Source: a virus
Taxonomy: Duplodnaviria > Caudoviricetes
Direction: 5' to 3' (one strand)
Length of the DNA: 26,775 bases
Virus record (IMG/VR): IMGVR_UViG_3300012953_000184
Location: 1 to 26,775 of that record
A program made the position numbers and the translations under genes. A model generated the notes under the pieces. The model did no database searches and was not told the DNA's origin. It worked only from the letters and a program-made list of their open reading frames with translations. Positions 24,531 to 26,775 of this stretch are shown here, piece by piece (within the stretch, counting starts at the first letter, position 1; each line of letters starts with the position of its first letter).

Positions 24531-24559
24531 TATTACATCTAACAAAGTATCACCCCCAA
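24531..24559 (+). repeat. Cassette boundary repeat F
   Basis: TATTACATCTAAC-AAAGTATCACCCCCAA. Confidence 0.9.
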
Positions 24560-24572
24560 CAAAGGGGGGTTT
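24552..24572 (+). terminator. Short GC hairpin closing the early/cassette region (possible weak terminator)
   Basis: ACCCCC-AACAAAG-GGGGGT followed by TT; the T-tract is short. Confidence 0.35.
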
Positions 24573-24604
24573 ACCACTTGTAAATTTTCTTGTTTATAGT
24601 AGTA
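24570..24604 (+). promoter_or_regulatory. Putative late promoter, copy 2: TTTACCACTT-N11-TGTTTATAGTAGTA
   Basis: Boxes and spacing identical to 3801-3835; upstream of the terminase operon. Confidence 0.7.
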
Positions 24605-24981
24605 TGAAACAGAAAGGTTTAGGAGATACGGTAGACTGGATTACTACACACACAGGAATTAAACAAGCAGTCAAATATTTCTTTGGAGACAACTGTGGCT
24701 GCCAAGAGCGTAAAGAATGGCTAAACAAAATGCTGCCATACATGCGTGAAGAACTAACACAAAGCGAGTACTTGCTGCTGCACGATTTCTTCAAAGAAGA
24801 TCACAGTACTGTTACAGCCAAACAACAAAGCCAACTACTTAAAATATACAACAGGGTGTTTGGTAAGCGTAGAGAAATGAGCAGTTGCTCTCCATGCGTT
24901 AAAACACTTGTTGATGAGCTAAAAGAATTATACAATGAATACAGTAAAGCTATTGAGCAAAGTAATAAACGGAAGGCTTGA
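24604..24981 (+). CDS. Conserved Cys-containing phage protein
   Basis: KGLGDTV...TGIK...NCGCQERKEWLN...SSCSPCV. Confidence 0.75.
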   Translation: MKQKGLGDTVDWITTHTGIKQAVKYFFGDNCGCQERKEWLNKMLPYMREELTQSEYLLLHDFFKEDHSTVTAKQQSQLLKIYNRVFGKRREMSSCSPCVKTLVDELKELYNEYSKAIEQSNKRKA

Positions 24982-25357
24982 AGATAATACAGGTATTGTA
25001 AAAGCACTAAAACAATATGAAGGAAAAGACATTCAAATTACAATTAAGCTAAAGCAAAAAACACGCAGTAGCTATCAAAACGCTTACTACTGGGCAGTCA
25101 TTATTCCCATGACCGTAAAAGCCTTATACAACGAATGGGGAGAAACATGGACACCTGAAAAGGCACATGAACTATACAAGTATAAATTTATGCAAGAGTT
25201 TAGACAAGTAAAAGATAAAATAATTCAAGTACCAAAATCAACAACAGAAAACAAAACAACAGAGCAAGAGGTGTTTCATGACAATTGCAGGAACTTCCTA
25301 AAAGAGTACTTCAACATTGATGTGCCTCTACCAAACGAATATATAAGAATTGATTAA
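24935..25357 (+). CDS. NinB/recombination-like hypothetical protein
   Basis: KTRSSYQNAYYWAV...HELYK...KSTT...IDVPLP resembles NinB-like proteins. Confidence 0.5.
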   Translation: MNTVKLLSKVINGRLEDNTGIVKALKQYEGKDIQITIKLKQKTRSSYQNAYYWAVIIPMTVKALYNEWGETWTPEKAHELYKYKFMQEFRQVKDKIIQVPKSTTENKTTEQEVFHDNCRNFLKEYFNIDVPLPNEYIRID

Positions 25358-25373
25358 TCAATCTTTTTCAATT

Positions 25374-25673
25374 ATGGACAAACGAAAATATAATGGAGGT
25401 AAAAGAATAGGAGCAGGCAGAAAGCCAAAAGACCAAGAGAATTCATTGATAGAAGCCCTAGACAGAATAGTAGATGGCGATAAGGCTATTGAAGTTTTAA
25501 AAGAACTAATAAGCGAAGGAGACATTAGAGCATTACAACTCTACCTAAACTATCGTTATGGCAAACCAAAAGAAAGTGTAGATGTTACACAATTTGTTGA
25601 ACAACCCCTATTTTTAGATGTTCCTGAAGACTACAGCGGTACAGAAGATACAGAAGCTCAACAAGAGGATTAG
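25374..25673 (+). CDS. terS: Terminase small subunit (putative)
   Basis: MDKRKYNGGKRIGAGRKPK...YRYGKPKESVD...EQPLF; directly upstream of and overlapping TerL. Confidence 0.75.
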   Translation: MDKRKYNGGKRIGAGRKPKDQENSLIEALDRIVDGDKAIEVLKELISEGDIRALQLYLNYRYGKPKESVDVTQFVEQPLFLDVPEDYSGTEDTEAQQED

Positions 25674-26772
25674 AATTGTACAGGGCGGCACGTCTGCATC
25701 TAAGACCTTTGGCATCATTGCGCTGCTTATTGACTACTCCATTAAGCACCCTAAAACAGAAACGTCTGTTGTGGCTGAGTCTATTCCCCATTTGCGTAGG
25801 GGGGCTTTAAGAGACTTTAAAAAGATTATGCAAATGACTGGGCGTTGGCACAGCGAACAGTTTAACAAAACGCTTCTTACGCACACCTTTACCAATGGCT
25901 CAACAATGGAGTTCTTTTCAGCAGACAGCGATGCAAAGCTGCGAGGTGCCAGAAGACATGTGTGCTACCTTAACGAGTGTAACAACATAAGCCACGAGGC
26001 ATACTTCCAATTGGCTGTAAGAACATCCAAACACATATACCTAGACTTTAACCCATCTGCCGAGTTTTGGGCGCATACAGAACTAAAAGATGATCCTGAC
26101 GCTGACTGGCTAATACTGACCTACAAAGACAATCAAGCAGCACCTAAAGCAGCAGTCAAGGAAATACTAAAAGCCAAAGAGAAAGCAGACAAGGGAAACA
26201 CCTTTTGGCAGAACTGGTATCGTGTCTATGGGCTTGGTCTTGTAGGTACTTTGCAAGGTGCTGTGTTTACCAACTGGAAAGAGGGTGCGTTCAAAGAAGT
26301 ATCAAAACCTGTGTATGGTCAAGACTTTGGTTTTAGCAATGACCCCACCACACTTATAAAAACAAGTATTGACAGAGACAAGAAGCTAATATATCTGCAA
26401 GAGTGCTTCTACAAGAAAGGACTTACAACAAGCCAGATAGCAACGCTTAACCAAAAGCACGCAGGCAATGATTTGATTGTAGCAGATAGTGCAGAGCCAC
26501 GCCTTATACAAGAGCTGTCGCAGTATTGCAACATAGTACCAACAATCAAAGGACAGGGCAGCATAACCTATGGCATTAGTCTTTTGCAGGACTATGAGCT
26601 TATTGTAGACCCTCAGAGCGTTAATCTAATCAAAGAGTTAAAGAATTATGTGTGGCTAGAGAAACGCTCGCAAACGCCTTGTGATGCGTTCAATCATTTG
26701 TTAGACGCCCTGCGCTATAGCGTATCGTATCAACTGGCTAACCCACACAAAGGTCAATATTATGTTTATTAG
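25618..26772 (+). CDS. terL: Terminase large subunit (PBSX-like)
   Basis: Walker A-like QGGTSASKT, LRGARR, YLNECN, LDFNP, YGQDFGFSNDP, ADSAEP, NHLLDALRY. Confidence 0.95.
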   Translation: MFLKTTAVQKIQKLNKRIRIVQGGTSASKTFGIIALLIDYSIKHPKTETSVVAESIPHLRRGALRDFKKIMQMTGRWHSEQFNKTLLTHTFTNGSTMEFFSADSDAKLRGARRHVCYLNECNNISHEAYFQLAVRTSKHIYLDFNPSAEFWAHTELKDDPDADWLILTYKDNQAAPKAAVKEILKAKEKADKGNTFWQNWYRVYGLGLVGTLQGAVFTNWKEGAFKEVSKPVYGQDFGFSNDPTTLIKTSIDRDKKLIYLQECFYKKGLTTSQIATLNQKHAGNDLIVADSAEPRLIQELSQYCNIVPTIKGQGSITYGISLLQDYELIVDPQSVNLIKELKNYVWLEKRSQTPCDAFNHLLDALRYSVSYQLANPHKGQYYVY

Positions 26773-26775
26773 ATA

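Larger units (their letters stand above)
1..26775. mobile_element. Temperate tailed phage genome (partial), probably Bacteroidota/Flavobacteriia host, excised (attP) configuration
   Basis: Terminase, portal, capsid, tail, lysis, integrase, repressor and replication genes; no host housekeeping genes; AT-rich leaders without Shine-Dalgarno sites; Bacteroidota-type TTTG-N19-TAnnTTTG promoter; attP-like site with phage genes on both sides. Confidence 0.93.

Noticed and set aside
22878-24559. Boundary repeats as a CRISPR or mini-CRISPR array
   Set aside because: Spacing is about 240-400 bp and each interval holds a complete ORF.
165-25791. Numerous 60-110-aa minus-strand and alternate-frame ORFs in the track (e.g. 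2404-2712, 3933-4184, 17712-17912, 19482-19814)
   Set aside because: They are shadows of well-supported genes, with compositions typical of antisense or frameshifted reading.
1-26775. A complete diversity-generating retroelement
   Set aside because: No ORF recognisable as a reverse transcriptase, no Avd-like gene and no non-coding template repeat seen; the fibre C-termini have no visible duplicate. Kept only as a weak hypothesis for the repeat proteins.
1-26775. Stop-codon reassignment or introns/inteins
   Set aside because: Genes tile densely under the standard code using TAA, TAG and TGA; TerL, capsid and integrase are of normal length.

Overview
The whole window is most of a temperate, siphovirus-like phage genome that probably infects a Bacteroidota (Flavobacteriia-like) host. 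It appears to be in excised form, because a putative attP (the 3' end of a tRNA-Asp-like sequence flanked by arm repeats) sits internally beside a tyrosine integrase. Gene order: tail protein and tape measure, XkdF-like protease, scaffold, capsid, tail tube, portal, connector, fibres, lysis genes, metallophosphoesterase, attP/int, CI/Cro/Xis switch, replication, nuclease, methyltransferase, sigma-like factor, accessory array, TerS, TerL. Two features are not explained by the gene list. (1) At 22.87-24.57 kb, five small unrelated genes are separated by related boundary repeats: one complete 121-bp attC-like palindrome and several hybrid sites that switch sequence at the AAC/GTT triplet. This looks like an integron-cassette-like array in a phage with no recognisable IntI in the window. 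(2) Four paralogous genes are built from a 30-bp/10-aa repeat (Q-x-A-x-x-I-x-N-x-x) with invariant anchor codons and mosaic, shuffled variable codons. Also present: a bipartite putative late promoter in two copies with identical boxes and spacing, and two tiny Cys-rich ORFs chained into the lysis cassette. All family assignments come from motif recognition by eye; no searches were run.
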